Of a stretch of DNA of 64,000 nucleotides, positions 40,231-51,100 are shown in pieces (within the stretch, counting starts at the first letter, position 1; each line of letters begins with the position of its first letter). The DNA is from a bacterium (GTDB taxonomy: Bacteria > Zhuqueibacterota > QNDG01 > JAFGCO01). The position numbers were made by a program, and so were the translations under genes. The notes beneath the pieces were generated by a model that worked only from the letters and a program-made list of their open reading frames with translations, did no database searches and was not told where the DNA came from. The DNA is taken from assembly GCA_016930535.1 (NCBI GenBank), contig JAFGGN010000037.1, positions 66,529 through 130,528 on the forward strand, given 5' to 3'.

Positions 40231-41652
40231 CTATTTTAAAAGGCACATTTTCCGGGTCCACGTCTTACCCGAAACCGACATGACAATCCAGTAATGGCCC
40301 GAAGCCGCGGCCCGGCCCTCTTCGTCATATCCGTCCCAGATCAGTTCATGCGGCCCGGCCTCGGTCATCCGGCTCGTCAAACGCCGTATCCGTTTTCCCC
40401 TGATATCCATAATGTCCAATTTTATTTGTCCGGGGACCGGCAGAAAAAACGGAATGTGTGTATTTTGATTGAACGGATTGGGATAATTCCCGAAAAGGCC
40501 GTATTCTTCCGGATCCATGGATTCCCGCACATCCGTTACCGGTTTCACCTCAAACCGGAACACATGATCGCTTTGCTGATAAAAACCGCTGTTGTCTTCG
40601 GAGATCACTTTCCAATAATAAATACCCGGTGACAATGTCTGAAAATAAGAAAGGCCCGGACTGCTCAGGTTGGAAAAGAGCATGGTCTCCGGCGACTGGA
40701 ATGTGGAATCCGGTCCAAGATACAGCCGGTATTTGACCTCCTCATCCGCATCCGGATCAAATGAGGCCTCCCATTCAAAATTCAGAAACCCTGAATTCTC
40801 CTCAATGTCCGCATCACAGGGAGGCTTGATCAGGTCGAACGGCTGGGGGGGATCGGGCACCGGGATGACATGAATCATCATGACACCCTCCGCGGAAGAA
40901 CCGAATGAATCGGTTACATGAATGCCGAGTTCCGCGTTCCCGGACCAGTTGTTTTCGGGTTTGATCATGAGCAGTCCGGCCGAATCGATCCGGGTCGCCA
41001 CGTGGTCATCTCCCGTGAATTGCAGCGTCAGCCGGGACCAGGGATCATTGGGATCATGAATATAATCGGTCAGGAGCACGGATACGGAATCGTCCTCCAG
41101 CATATGATATCCGGGAAAAGTCTGTACAATCGGCGCAAAATTGACTTCGATGCATAACCGGGCCGAGGTCATCGAATCCGTAGGTATTTGTCCGTGCAGG
41201 GGGAACAGTTGAAAATGCGTGAGCCTGATTTCTGTCAGCCGGGTCGTGTCGCTTTCCACGCGAAAAACGATGGAAAACCAGATCCGCGTCGTATCGACCA
41301 TCTGCGATTCGGAAAGATTGGAGGTAAACGCAGCCACATGGGCCTCGCCCGAACCGGAACGGATATACGGAGCACCCCATGGTCCGGTCATGCCGCCATG
41401 CTGATCCACGGTCAGAAGTGTCAAAAAGCGCTGGTCATATTCAAAGTTGCAGTCATAAGCCACAATCGAATCCGCCGTACTCACAGACGAAACGTACAGC
41501 GGTATGCGGATTTCCGACTGCTGGCTCACCGACGTGTCGGGCAGCCAGACATGAATACCTGCCTGAACCGGATGGGTGATTCCCCACAGGATGCAGACAA
41601 ACAGCCGCAGACGTTTTATCAAATCAGTCAAAAAATGGTTCATACCCTGCAA
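40231..41652 (-). CDS. Secreted cohesin-like + cadherin-like + FN3-like protein with FlgD-Ig/T9SS-type C-terminal domain
   Basis: N-terminal LPD...IRIPLYV...IVAYDCNFEYD..FL cohesin pattern; P..NWSG cadherin-like Ig; GNYPNPFN. Confidence 0.72.
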   Translation of the reverse strand: MQGMNHFLTDLIKRLRLFVCILWGITHPVQAGIHVWLPDTSVSQQSEIRIPLYVSSVSTADSIVAYDCNFEYDQRFLTLLTVDQHGGMTGPWGAPYIRSGSGEAHVAAFTSNLSESQMVDTTRIWFSIVFRVESDTTRLTEIRLTHFQLFPLHGQIPTDSMTSARLCIEVNFAPIVQTFPGYHMLEDDSVSVLLTDYIHDPNDPWSRLTLQFTGDDHVATRIDSAGLLMIKPENNWSGNAELGIHVTDSFGSSAEGVMMIHVIPVPDPPQPFDLIKPPCDADIEENSGFLNFEWEASFDPDADEEVKYRLYLGPDSTFQSPETMLFSNLSSPGLSYFQTLSPGIYYWKVISEDNSGFYQQSDHVFRFEVKPVTDVRESMDPEEYGLFGNYPNPFNQNTHIPFFLPVPGQIKLDIMDIRGKRIRRLTSRMTEAGPHELIWDGYDEEGRAAASGHYWIVMSVSGKTWTRKMCLLK

Positions 41653-41673
41653 AACGATGCATTGACCCGACGT

Positions 41674-44600
41674 TTATCGTACCAGTATCATTTTCCGCTG
41701 GAATGCATGATCCTTCCAGACGGTCCGCAGCAAATACACACCGGAAGGCACATCCATATTCCTGTCATCCTTTCCGGACCATTCAATACGGTGGCTGCCG
41801 GCTGCCTGGGCCTTATCGAGCAGGGTGCAGACTTCACCGCCGCGCATGTTATAAACCGTCACACGGACATGGCTGCGTTCCGGAATCGAATACTGTATCT
41901 GCGTGCATGCATTAAAGGGATTCGGATAATTCTGGTCGAGTGAAAAACCGTCCATCGAACGGGGCTGCTCCTCAACGGACGTTTGAATGGTCAGCACATA
42001 CCGTTCGACGGACCAGGTGGAAAATCCCTGATGATCCACGGCACGGGCCCGCCAGTAGGAATTCGATGCGACGGAATTCCGGTTCAGAATCAGAAAGGTG
42101 TCCTGAACTGAATTCACGCGGAGCGTGGCGGAACTCTGAAACAGAGAGTCCGGTCCCAGAAAAAACTCGTAGGAAATGCCGTCGCCTGAATCCACATTAC
42201 GGGATTTTCGCCATCGGAACGCGACCATTTTCACCGAATCGGGCAGCTCCGTATGATTCAGCGGAGCGACCAGCGAAAATGCCTTGGGCGGATCCGGGAT
42301 GGGAATGATCGTGATGCTGAATGTATCCAGGGCCGCCATACCCCACGGGTCCATGACTTCAAGCACGACATCCGCGGTGCCGTTCCAGTCGCTGTCCGGA
42401 ACGATGCGCAGCTCCGCTCCATTCCATGACGGCTGAAACGGCGCGCCGTTCACGACGGAAATGTGCAGACTGTCCAGAGGATCGTTTTTGTCCGAAATGA
42501 TTTTCTCAAGCCGCGACCGTTTGTATACCAGTGCGATATCTTCCAGCAGTGTCGTATCCGGAAAATCCTTCACTTCGGGCGGGAAAATGGAACTGGTTGT
42601 AAAATTTGCCTTCAGGGTGACGGCTTGATTCATCGAAAAGCTCACCGGATTGACATCCGTCACAAGGTCGCCGCTCCAGCCTGTAAATGTGAAATGCGTA
42701 TCCACCGGTACGGCGGTCAATTGCAGCAGGGTACCCTCATCGTACCATGGCCCCGGCAGAGAAAACTCGATGTGACCGCCGTAAGCGGGAGAACCTGCGG
42801 CATTCAGATGATACTGCTTCTGCCAGTGTGCATTCTGAACGATGCCGCCGTCCGCCTGAAGCTCGATCCGGCAGCATGCAGCATCGGTTCCATGCTCGTT
42901 TCCCGCGGTCCATTGGGTGAACCGGTACCGCGATCCGCCGTCCTCTTCAACGAGGCTGTCCACGGACAATGTGATCCTGGCTCCGGCCGCGACCCATCCG
43001 TCCCCCTGGACGGTTTCAGAACCGTGTTCCGTTTGCACTTCAACTCCATACTCAGGATTGAAAAAAGCCGTATAGGTTACCGGGTCCGCAGGAATGACGA
43101 TAAGATGCTGACGGCCCTGATTGTCACTCCACCGGTCAAAAACATACCGGGTCAGCGGAATGGTCTGCTGAGGTGTCGCAGTACCCAATGTATACTGCTC
43201 GCCCGGAAGCCAGTAAAACGTGCGCGGACTCGGAAAATCGGCTCCGTTTACGCTGATGGACAGTCCCTGGGGTTCGGTGGCCACATGAACGTTTCCGATT
43301 TCGAACAGGGCGGTCAATTCGACCGGCTGACTGATTTGAACCGTCAGGGGATTGACGCGTCCCGTATAGCTTCCGGACCAGGCAGCAAAACCGTATCCCG
43401 CATCCGCATCGCCTTCGGCCCGGAACGTAACCTGGGAACCGACGGTGCCCCATTCCCCTGTCGTATTCTGAAGCGTCACGATTCCCGTATTGGGCGGCGT
43501 CACCTGTGTGGTGATCAGGCATTCATGGTTCCAGACAACGGTCTCGGTCACGGCATTGTTCATGACCACGGTCTGTTCCCTGACAGTTCCCGTATACGAT
43601 CCGGATCCCGATCCCTGCCATTGGGCAAACCGGTACCGGTTTTTGGAATCGGATTGTACCAGCGAATCCACGGCAAACGATGCGGTTCCGCCGGCCTCAT
43701 ACCATCCCGCTCCCTGGGCCGATCCGTGCCCGTTCGCGACACAATTCAGATAATACTGGGTCTGCCAGACCGCTGTCTCAACGATCGGGCTGTTCACCGT
43801 AACGGCGAAATTGGTCTGATTTCCAGTGTATGCGGACGCACCCTGTCCCTGCCATTGCTGAAAGACATAGCGTGTCCCATCCGGCCCGTTCTCCACGGAC
43901 GCGACAGTGACGGACAAATTGCTGCCCGCATTCTTCCACTGTTCCTGGGGTACGTTCGGAGAACCGTGAGTGGATTGCACCACCACACGGTATTCGGTAT
44001 TCCAGACCGCGGTCAATGCCACAGGCGCATCCAGAACCAGGGACAAACTGGGGGATGCCGATGTGGTCACCGTGCCGTTTTTATCGATGTTCCAGTGAGA
44101 AAATACACGCCGCGTGTCCTGCTCTTGAACAGTGGCGGGCACGGTTACATTGACTCCGGCCTTGTCGTTGTACCAGTTGGTCAGATCATCGGCCGCGGTT
44201 CCTGACTGGACGTCCAGCCAGAATTCCTTTTTCCAACCGATGGTTTCGGTAATCTCTTCCTGCATCACGACAAAAGCAGAACGCAGACTTCCCGTATAGG
44301 ACCCGGCGCCGCTTCCGCTCCATTGCTGAAACAGATACCGCGTCGTGCCCTGGGCATCGACAATCAGGCTGTCCGTGGAGATCGCGACGGTCTCATTGGC
44401 GAGCTGCATGCCGTGGCCGGTTTTCGTAGCGCCGACACCGCCGTCGTCGATGGTCAGCTGATACCGCATTGCATAAAACCCGATATCCGTCGGCGTGCCG
44501 TCAGGCAGGGCCAGACCCTGCCCGATACACGGAGAACCCGGCTGCAGCGTAAAATCATTCTGATATGCATTGACGAACAGCGGATTCACATCCAGCAAGG

Positions 44601-45789
44601 TATTGTCATTGGCGTTCTGGGGATTGTTGGTCGGTCTTTCTACGCAGTTTTTATAGCCGAAGAATCCCGCTTCCCCCCGCGTGTCCGCAGGATTTCCGTT
44701 GTTGTAATGATAAATATTGAAACACACGTTGCCGGGTTCCGGAACATTGCCCCATACGATGTTGTTCACCAGAATGGGCCGGTCGCTGACATTGTCCGCG
44801 ATGTACACCTCGACGCCTTTATGACGGATCATGCCGCCCGGTTCATAATCATGCCGGTTATAGGCCACAATATTGTGGCAGAACAGGGCCTCTACATCCC
44901 TTATCTGACAGCCTCCGCCGCAGGCGGCGAAGTTCCGGTACACGACATTCCTTTCAACGATGGGACAGTATCCCGGACGGTACTGCACCTGATCCGGCAG
45001 CTGATAATTGGGATCCGGCGAATAATAGGCCTGTATGCCGATACCGCCCCCGTTTTTGCCGTAACAGCCCGTCACACGGTTGTTCCGGATTACGGAAAAC
45101 CATCGCCGTGTCTTGATACCGCCGCCATCCGTTTCCCACCGGATGGCACTGGCGTTGAATCCCGAATACTGAACCGTAAATCCGTCAAGCAGGGTCTGAT
45201 GGGCCATATCCACGCCGCGCAGCCCCGGATTTGAAACATTCGTACCGATCCATCCCTGAATAAAACATTTGTAAAGATCCGGATTGCGCTGATCCAGCTG
45301 CGTTTCATTGCCCGAGAATCCTCCGAACAGCATGACCTTGGGCAGCAGTTGAATCACGCCTTTCAGCAACACGCCGTCCACCGTATAAGATCCCCGCGGC
45401 TCCGTCTGAAAGGTATACAATCCCTGCGCCACCCAGACCCATCCTTCACCGTTGTTGTAAGCCGCATCCACGCCATCCTGTATATGTGCGAACGCGTTTG
45501 CCCATGAAGTCCCGTTTCTGTTGCCGGTCGCATTGGGATCCACATAGAATATGGGGTACCCGGCTTCCTGCATATACAGGATCTCCATGATCTGTTCCTT
45601 GACTTCGAGCCGTCTGGCCGCCTCGCCCGGGGTCCATCCCTCCCCTTCGGTGAGCGATTTGGCAAGCCCGTCGACACGGGTCCATTTGGATTCGTATCCG
45701 GAACCCGGCTGTGTGATAAAAATAAAAGCAATGATTCCCAGAACCAGGCTCTCCCTCGCCATGGCCAAAAAATCAGTTCGCGTTCTCAC
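41674..45789 (-). CDS. Large secreted beta-helix (pectin-lyase-like) protein with InlB-B-like repeats, cadherin/FN3 modules and C-terminal sorting domain
   Basis: YVD..A.G..NGTSWANAF..IQ..VWVAQG, LQPGSPCI..G..DIG, repeated RY.F.QW.G.G units and QNYPNPFN. Confidence 0.78.
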   Translation of the reverse strand: MRTRTDFLAMARESLVLGIIAFIFITQPGSGYESKWTRVDGLAKSLTEGEGWTPGEAARRLEVKEQIMEILYMQEAGYPIFYVDPNATGNRNGTSWANAFAHIQDGVDAAYNNGEGWVWVAQGLYTFQTEPRGSYTVDGVLLKGVIQLLPKVMLFGGFSGNETQLDQRNPDLYKCFIQGWIGTNVSNPGLRGVDMAHQTLLDGFTVQYSGFNASAIRWETDGGGIKTRRWFSVIRNNRVTGCYGKNGGGIGIQAYYSPDPNYQLPDQVQYRPGYCPIVERNVVYRNFAACGGGCQIRDVEALFCHNIVAYNRHDYEPGGMIRHKGVEVYIADNVSDRPILVNNIVWGNVPEPGNVCFNIYHYNNGNPADTRGEAGFFGYKNCVERPTNNPQNANDNTLLDVNPLFVNAYQNDFTLQPGSPCIGQGLALPDGTPTDIGFYAMRYQLTIDDGGVGATKTGHGMQLANETVAISTDSLIVDAQGTTRYLFQQWSGSGAGSYTGSLRSAFVVMQEEITETIGWKKEFWLDVQSGTAADDLTNWYNDKAGVNVTVPATVQEQDTRRVFSHWNIDKNGTVTTSASPSLSLVLDAPVALTAVWNTEYRVVVQSTHGSPNVPQEQWKNAGSNLSVTVASVENGPDGTRYVFQQWQGQGASAYTGNQTNFAVTVNSPIVETAVWQTQYYLNCVANGHGSAQGAGWYEAGGTASFAVDSLVQSDSKNRYRFAQWQGSGSGSYTGTVREQTVVMNNAVTETVVWNHECLITTQVTPPNTGIVTLQNTTGEWGTVGSQVTFRAEGDADAGYGFAAWSGSYTGRVNPLTVQISQPVELTALFEIGNVHVATEPQGLSISVNGADFPSPRTFYWLPGEQYTLGTATPQQTIPLTRYVFDRWSDNQGRQHLIVIPADPVTYTAFFNPEYGVEVQTEHGSETVQGDGWVAAGARITLSVDSLVEEDGGSRYRFTQWTAGNEHGTDAACCRIELQADGGIVQNAHWQKQYHLNAAGSPAYGGHIEFSLPGPWYDEGTLLQLTAVPVDTHFTFTGWSGDLVTDVNPVSFSMNQAVTLKANFTTSSIFPPEVKDFPDTTLLEDIALVYKRSRLEKIISDKNDPLDSLHISVVNGAPFQPSWNGAELRIVPDSDWNGTADVVLEVMDPWGMAALDTFSITIIPIPDPPKAFSLVAPLNHTELPDSVKMVAFRWRKSRNVDSGDGISYEFFLGPDSLFQSSATLRVNSVQDTFLILNRNSVASNSYWRARAVDHQGFSTWSVERYVLTIQTSVEEQPRSMDGFSLDQNYPNPFNACTQIQYSIPERSHVRVTVYNMRGGEVCTLLDKAQAAGSHRIEWSGKDDRNMDVPSGVYLLRTVWKDHAFQRKMILVR

Positions 45790-45796
45790 GTTTTTT

Positions 45797-48007
45797 TCAC
45801 CTCAGAAGTTGCATCCGTTTGATCGTTGTTCGTTGCCCGTTTTCAAGCACCATAAAATAAATGCCGGAAGGCAGATCGGCTCCCTGCTGATTCCTGCCGT
45901 CCCAGATCACCTGATGGGGACCTGCGGACCACTCCCGGTCCGAAATCAGACGAACCTGCTGCCCCAGCACATTGACGATCTGAATGGTTACCCATGTTGC
46001 TGTTTCCAGCGTAAAATCGACAGCGGTTTTTCCATTGAACGGATTGGGGTAATTCTTCAGCACCGTTTCACGGCCGGTCCCCTCAGCCTGTTCTGTAATA
46101 CCCGCGGTCTCCTGCACAATATGATATTGATTCACGCTCACCTGGTCGAGCCAGACCTGCGGGAATTCATTCTCCGTTATAAATGACAGCGTCACAAGTT
46201 CCATATATCCTGAAGCCGGTTCAGCACCGTATACAGCCACGTTCAAATGTCCGGCGCTGTCCTGATTCCATTCGGCATGAAATCCCTCCCGGACCGCTGC
46301 AACACCTGTAAAAGACGTCCGGGCCGTATCCCAGTGTACATGAAATGCGCTGGACAACACCCCGTCTCCGGCCACATAAACCGGCATGTCGAACGTCTCC
46401 TGCGCAACGGTCTTTGCCAGTACCGGCGAACCGAAACAGACCTGATACGGGGACGCATCGTTCTGAATATCCCATGAAGCGACAATATCGCCTGTCCGCA
46501 CTCCGGTGAAGCTGAGCGTGTCCACATCATCGGCTGACGACGCACAAACCAGCTCATCGGGCCAGAAATTCCATGATCCGATGGCCGTGTTCTCCGGGAT
46601 TTCCAGTCCCACAACGAGACGGGCCACAAGGGCCGCATCCATCATCGTTGTCTCACCGTCGCCGTCCATATCGGCGGCCTGCATCTGGGACGGACCGAAC
46701 ACATCCAGACCCACCACGTGACGCGCGATCAGGGAAGCATCATAAATATCCACATCAACAGCCTGCGGGGACAAATCCTCCTTTTCCGGAACAAGCGTCA
46801 CGGTCTGATTCAGCGGAACACCATCCAGTTTAAAATGACCGGCCTGGTCCGTAAACACTTCACTGTCCGTTCCATGCCATTGCATTTTCACGTCGGCAAC
46901 CGGTAATCCGTTCCCCAAATATTGAACGCTGCCCGCCAGGTAAATATGGTCGCGGGGTAACAGTGTCTGCACGGCGATGGAATCCACCAGGCCGGAAGCC
47001 CGGGCACGGATCCAGGATGAATCTGCCCAGCCCATTCCAACGGAAACCTGTACCGTTCCATTCGAGTCGCTGAGGGCGGAATCGGAAGACAGAAGCACCG
47101 CATCCCCGAACGGCACATCGAACTGAACCGGAACGCCGGCTGCGGGATTCCCGAAACCGTCCGTCACCCGAAACAGAACCGGATCCGGGACCGGATCGCC
47201 CGGAAGGGCCTGCTGTCCGGCAACGCCCGAAGCCATAATATACAGAGGAAGTGTTTTAAAAGCCTCCAGAAACACTTCGGCCATATGCCGGTAGCCGTAA
47301 CAGTTGGGATGATTGTCATCGGCGAACATATCTGATGTGAATCCGGTGAACTGATCCACGAGTCTGACCAGCCCGGGCGGAATGGCAGGTACCCGGCCTG
47401 CTTCGATATCCTGAACCATTGTCTCCAGGTCCGAATTGAGCAGGGGAATGCCGGCATCGCCCATATGACGCCAGGTTTTCGGAATAATCTGGCAGAGAAA
47501 CAGGGTTTCGAGATGTGTTCCGCGCCGCCCGTCATGCCATTGCGCCAGATAGGCCGTTAATTTGGCCAAATGCCCGGAAACCTGGTCCGTAAATGTGAGA
47601 CCGCCGTCCGTGGTATACGGGCCTCCTTTGATATACTGATTGTACAACCAGAAATCGTTGCTGCCCAGATGCACCACCACGATATCGGGCTTCCATTCAT
47701 CCATTTCCCCCGCAACGTTGTAGGCGCCGCTGTTTTCGTAAAATTCCGGCGTGATCGCGCCTGAAAAGAAAAAACCGCGGTAAATACTGGCTTCCTCTTC
47801 GGAACCGACGAACTGGAAGGGAAATCCGAGCTGAGACAGGTGGGCGTGCACGTCATCACGGAATCCGGGCTCACACTCCTTGCCCTTTGTGATCGAATCC
47901 CCGATAAAAAGGATTTTATGGGCCGCATCCAGCCGGGTGGCCGCCAGGATAATCAGTATCAGGTAAACCAATGGGAATTGTCCGACGATCCGTTTCATGA
48001 GCTGCAT
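45797..48007 (-). CDS. Secreted SGNH hydrolase with Big_1 Ig, dockerin-like and cohesin-like modules and C-terminal sorting domain
   Basis: GDSIT, HLGSND and DDNH(P); DASLIARHVVGL...ADMDGDG...DAALVARLVVGL; KNYPNPFN. Confidence 0.8.
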   Translation of the reverse strand: MQLMKRIVGQFPLVYLILIILAATRLDAAHKILFIGDSITKGKECEPGFRDDVHAHLSQLGFPFQFVGSEEEASIYRGFFFSGAITPEFYENSGAYNVAGEMDEWKPDIVVVHLGSNDFWLYNQYIKGGPYTTDGGLTFTDQVSGHLAKLTAYLAQWHDGRRGTHLETLFLCQIIPKTWRHMGDAGIPLLNSDLETMVQDIEAGRVPAIPPGLVRLVDQFTGFTSDMFADDNHPNCYGYRHMAEVFLEAFKTLPLYIMASGVAGQQALPGDPVPDPVLFRVTDGFGNPAAGVPVQFDVPFGDAVLLSSDSALSDSNGTVQVSVGMGWADSSWIRARASGLVDSIAVQTLLPRDHIYLAGSVQYLGNGLPVADVKMQWHGTDSEVFTDQAGHFKLDGVPLNQTVTLVPEKEDLSPQAVDVDIYDASLIARHVVGLDVFGPSQMQAADMDGDGETTMMDAALVARLVVGLEIPENTAIGSWNFWPDELVCASSADDVDTLSFTGVRTGDIVASWDIQNDASPYQVCFGSPVLAKTVAQETFDMPVYVAGDGVLSSAFHVHWDTARTSFTGVAAVREGFHAEWNQDSAGHLNVAVYGAEPASGYMELVTLSFITENEFPQVWLDQVSVNQYHIVQETAGITEQAEGTGRETVLKNYPNPFNGKTAVDFTLETATWVTIQIVNVLGQQVRLISDREWSAGPHQVIWDGRNQQGADLPSGIYFMVLENGQRTTIKRMQLLR

Positions 48008-48073
48008 GGTTTCCGTTGTTGCATGAACCTGAATGTACTAAACTTTTGACTGTTTTAAAAGCCTTTCATATAC

Positions 48074-48108
48074 AAAAGGGCAGTCCGCAATGCAATGCGG
48101 ACATGCCC
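48074..48108 (-). terminator. Stem-loop/intrinsic terminator after the giant gene
   Basis: GGGCA(T)GTCCGCA...TGCGGAC.TGCCC followed by TTTT on the minus strand. Confidence 0.7.
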
Positions 48109-48134
48109 CCTCGTTTGTCTTTATGATTTTCTTT

Positions 48135-51100
48135 TTATTTCATTTTTACCATTCGTTTGGTAATGACTTTCCGGGAACTCTGCAGCCTGTAAATGTAGAG
48201 ACCCGTGGACACGTCATGTCCCTGGGCATTCCGGCCGTCCCATTCCGATTCATAATAACCGGGATCGAGTTCCGCGTTGACCAGTGTGGTCACCAGCTGA
48301 CCCCGCATATTATAAATGAGGATTTTTACCTGATCCCGCTTCGGAATCTCATACCGGATCGTAGTCACCGGATTGAACGGATTCGGAAAATTCTGATACA
48401 GCACATAGGCTTCCGGCCGTGGTATCTGTACCATGACCGGACCATGCTCGCCGGACCGGCCCTGCTCGTCCACATCCATCAGTTTATAATAGTAATTCAG
48501 CCCCGGCTCTACAGAGCCGTCTGTATACCGGTAGTTCATCGCATTCTCGGACCGGATCAGATCGGACGTGATCTGCTCAAACGGACCGTCCTGTTTCGTA
48601 CTGCGGTATACATGGAAACCCGAATTCCGCAGCTCCGAAGCCGAGGACCAGACGAGTTCGACCGCATTGGTCTGCGCGTCGAACAGCGCATAGAATTCCG
48701 CCAGCTCCACTTTCATGGGTGCAATGATCTCCACGCGCCAGATATAATTGTCATTCAATGTGCCGTCCGAAACCTGTACCGAAACCAGATGCACATCACG
48801 CAGGCTGGTAGGAATGTTCCACCGCAGCAACGATGAATTGCTGCCGAGCGGCTGATTGTCCAGCCGCCATGTGTAGGTCAACGGATCCAGGTCCGGATCC
48901 GTGGCCTCGATCCAGAAACGATGCTCCATGCCGGCGTGCACGGATGTATCCTGAGATACCGGCATTCTTTTGGATATGGTCGGTGCCTGCGGCGAGTCCA
49001 CAACCTCGACATCGAATTCCTTCTCGTCATATCCCCCATTAATATCCACAACCCTGGCGATAAACGTGTATTCGCCGGCGTCATCGAAACCCGGAACCCA
49101 GCGAATACGGGCTGTCAGCGCGGATTCCGTGATCAGCAGCATGGTCGGGGGCCTCGAAACCGCGCCGACCTGTTCGACCATAAAATGCAGTGCATTTCCA
49201 TCCGCATCATCCGCAGCCAGGAACACGGTCAGCGGATTGATCTGATCGTTCTCATTGACCGTATACAGACTGCTGATCAGGGCCTTGTTCAACACCGGCA
49301 GGCTGGCATTCTGACGGATATCGATCACGAACTGCAGCGTAAATTCGCCGGACACGGCCCGGATCCGGGCTGTACCGGCGCTTGAACCGGCCCTGAACTG
49401 AATCTGGGCCATGCCATGATCATCGCTCGCTATAATCTGGTCGCCGACAACGGTTTTGGTCACCGCATCCACGACATTGCCGTCACCGGTGTCCTTGGTA
49501 AAGTACACGGAAACATCCGGCACGCCGTTGCCGTAGGCATCCTGTACCTGAACCTTGATGGCGCCGGGTAAATAGTTGTTCGTACTCACGACACGCGTGA
49601 GATCGGTCAGGGGCACGAGTGTCGCCGGCTGAACCGTGGTAATGTTGGCATTGAAAATAATCGGGGAATTTTCCAGATACAGTCCGCTGGCCTCAACGGT
49701 TACGGCGCCGGTTTCATACCCCAGGTCCAGCATTGCCGAGGCCAGGCCGGACGCGTCCGTGGTTCTTGAAACGGAACCGTTGCCCTGAAAACTGGCCTCG
49801 CCGGAGGCCACTGCAAATGTAATTTTGGTACCGGAAACCGGGTTGCCGTGCGCATCCGTCACTTTCACCATCATCGGATTGGGCAGCGATTGTCCGACCA
49901 CGCCGGTCTGGCCGTCTCCGGATAATTTGGCCAGACGGCTCGCCAGCCCGGCCGTGCTTTTCGCGGAAAACCGGATGGGGGATCCTGACAGGGTCAGATT
50001 ATAGGCCTTGACCCAGCCGGTTGCGCCGCTTTCCGTACCCGTTCTGAAATAGGCACTGGATTCGCCGTATTCATCCGTCACCGTCGAACTGACGATGGAT
50101 CCGTCGCCGGATTCGACTTCATACGTAATCGCCACGCCGGCCACGGGCTGGCCGTCCACATCCATCACACCCAAGACCATGGGTTCGGGAAGCACCTGAC
50201 CGGCAGGTCCCTGCTGATTGTTGCCGCTCACCATGAACATGGTGACGGCTTTGCCGATCTTCGCCGTATTCATGAAAAGGCATGGACTGCCGTCCAGCGG
50301 CTCGCCCAGCTGAGTGTTGGCAATGGCTTCGACCGTATACTCGCCGGTCTCCTCACCGTAAATAATATAGGTGCAGGCAATGCCGTTGACATCGCTGAGA
50401 TCATCGCTGCGGAGCAGCCTTCCGCCCCTGGTGCTGGTCAGCTGAAAATAGACCCGTTTGTTGGCCACCGGGTTGCCGAGAACATCCGTCACCCGGACCG
50501 CCAGAGAATCTTTCGAAATCGTGCCCACATTACCGATCTGCCCGGATCCGAAAATGGGCTGTATACGTGCTGCATTGTTGGGATCGAAATTGACGACGCC
50601 GTTTTCGGACAGTGTGATATTGTCCACAGCTACCGTCGCTTCAATGACTTTCTCTCCTGAATGCGGCGATATCAGATGACCGACAGCCTGTCCGTTCAGA
50701 TCCGTGGGTCCGATCTTGGAATCGTAATAATTGGTGCCTCCGGTCACTTTAATGTTCACTTCCTTGCCGCTGACCGGATTACCGTACTTGTCGCGCAGGG
50801 TCACGGTGATCCAGCAGGTGTCCACGCCCGAAGCCACAAGCGAACCCGAGGTTTCGATGCTGGATGTATCCGGATCCACCATATCGGATATGCCGCTGCC
50901 GTAGAACAGCACCGGTGATCCTTTCAGTTCATGAATGCCGTTATAGGCCCTTGCTTCCAGAACATTGTTGTTGGTGCCGGCCTTGATGCCCAGCTTCCAC
51001 AGCACCGATCCGATGCCTTCCGAGCTCTGTGTTTTCACGGTGACCGTGGTATCGGTACTGCCTGCGAGCGTACCGCCTCCATTCAGAACCGAGAAGGTCA

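Noticed and set aside
42463..44205. 580-aa plus-strand ORF (also 52953-54440 and 56634-57836)
   Set aside because: Antisense to well-supported genes, with no recognisable domains
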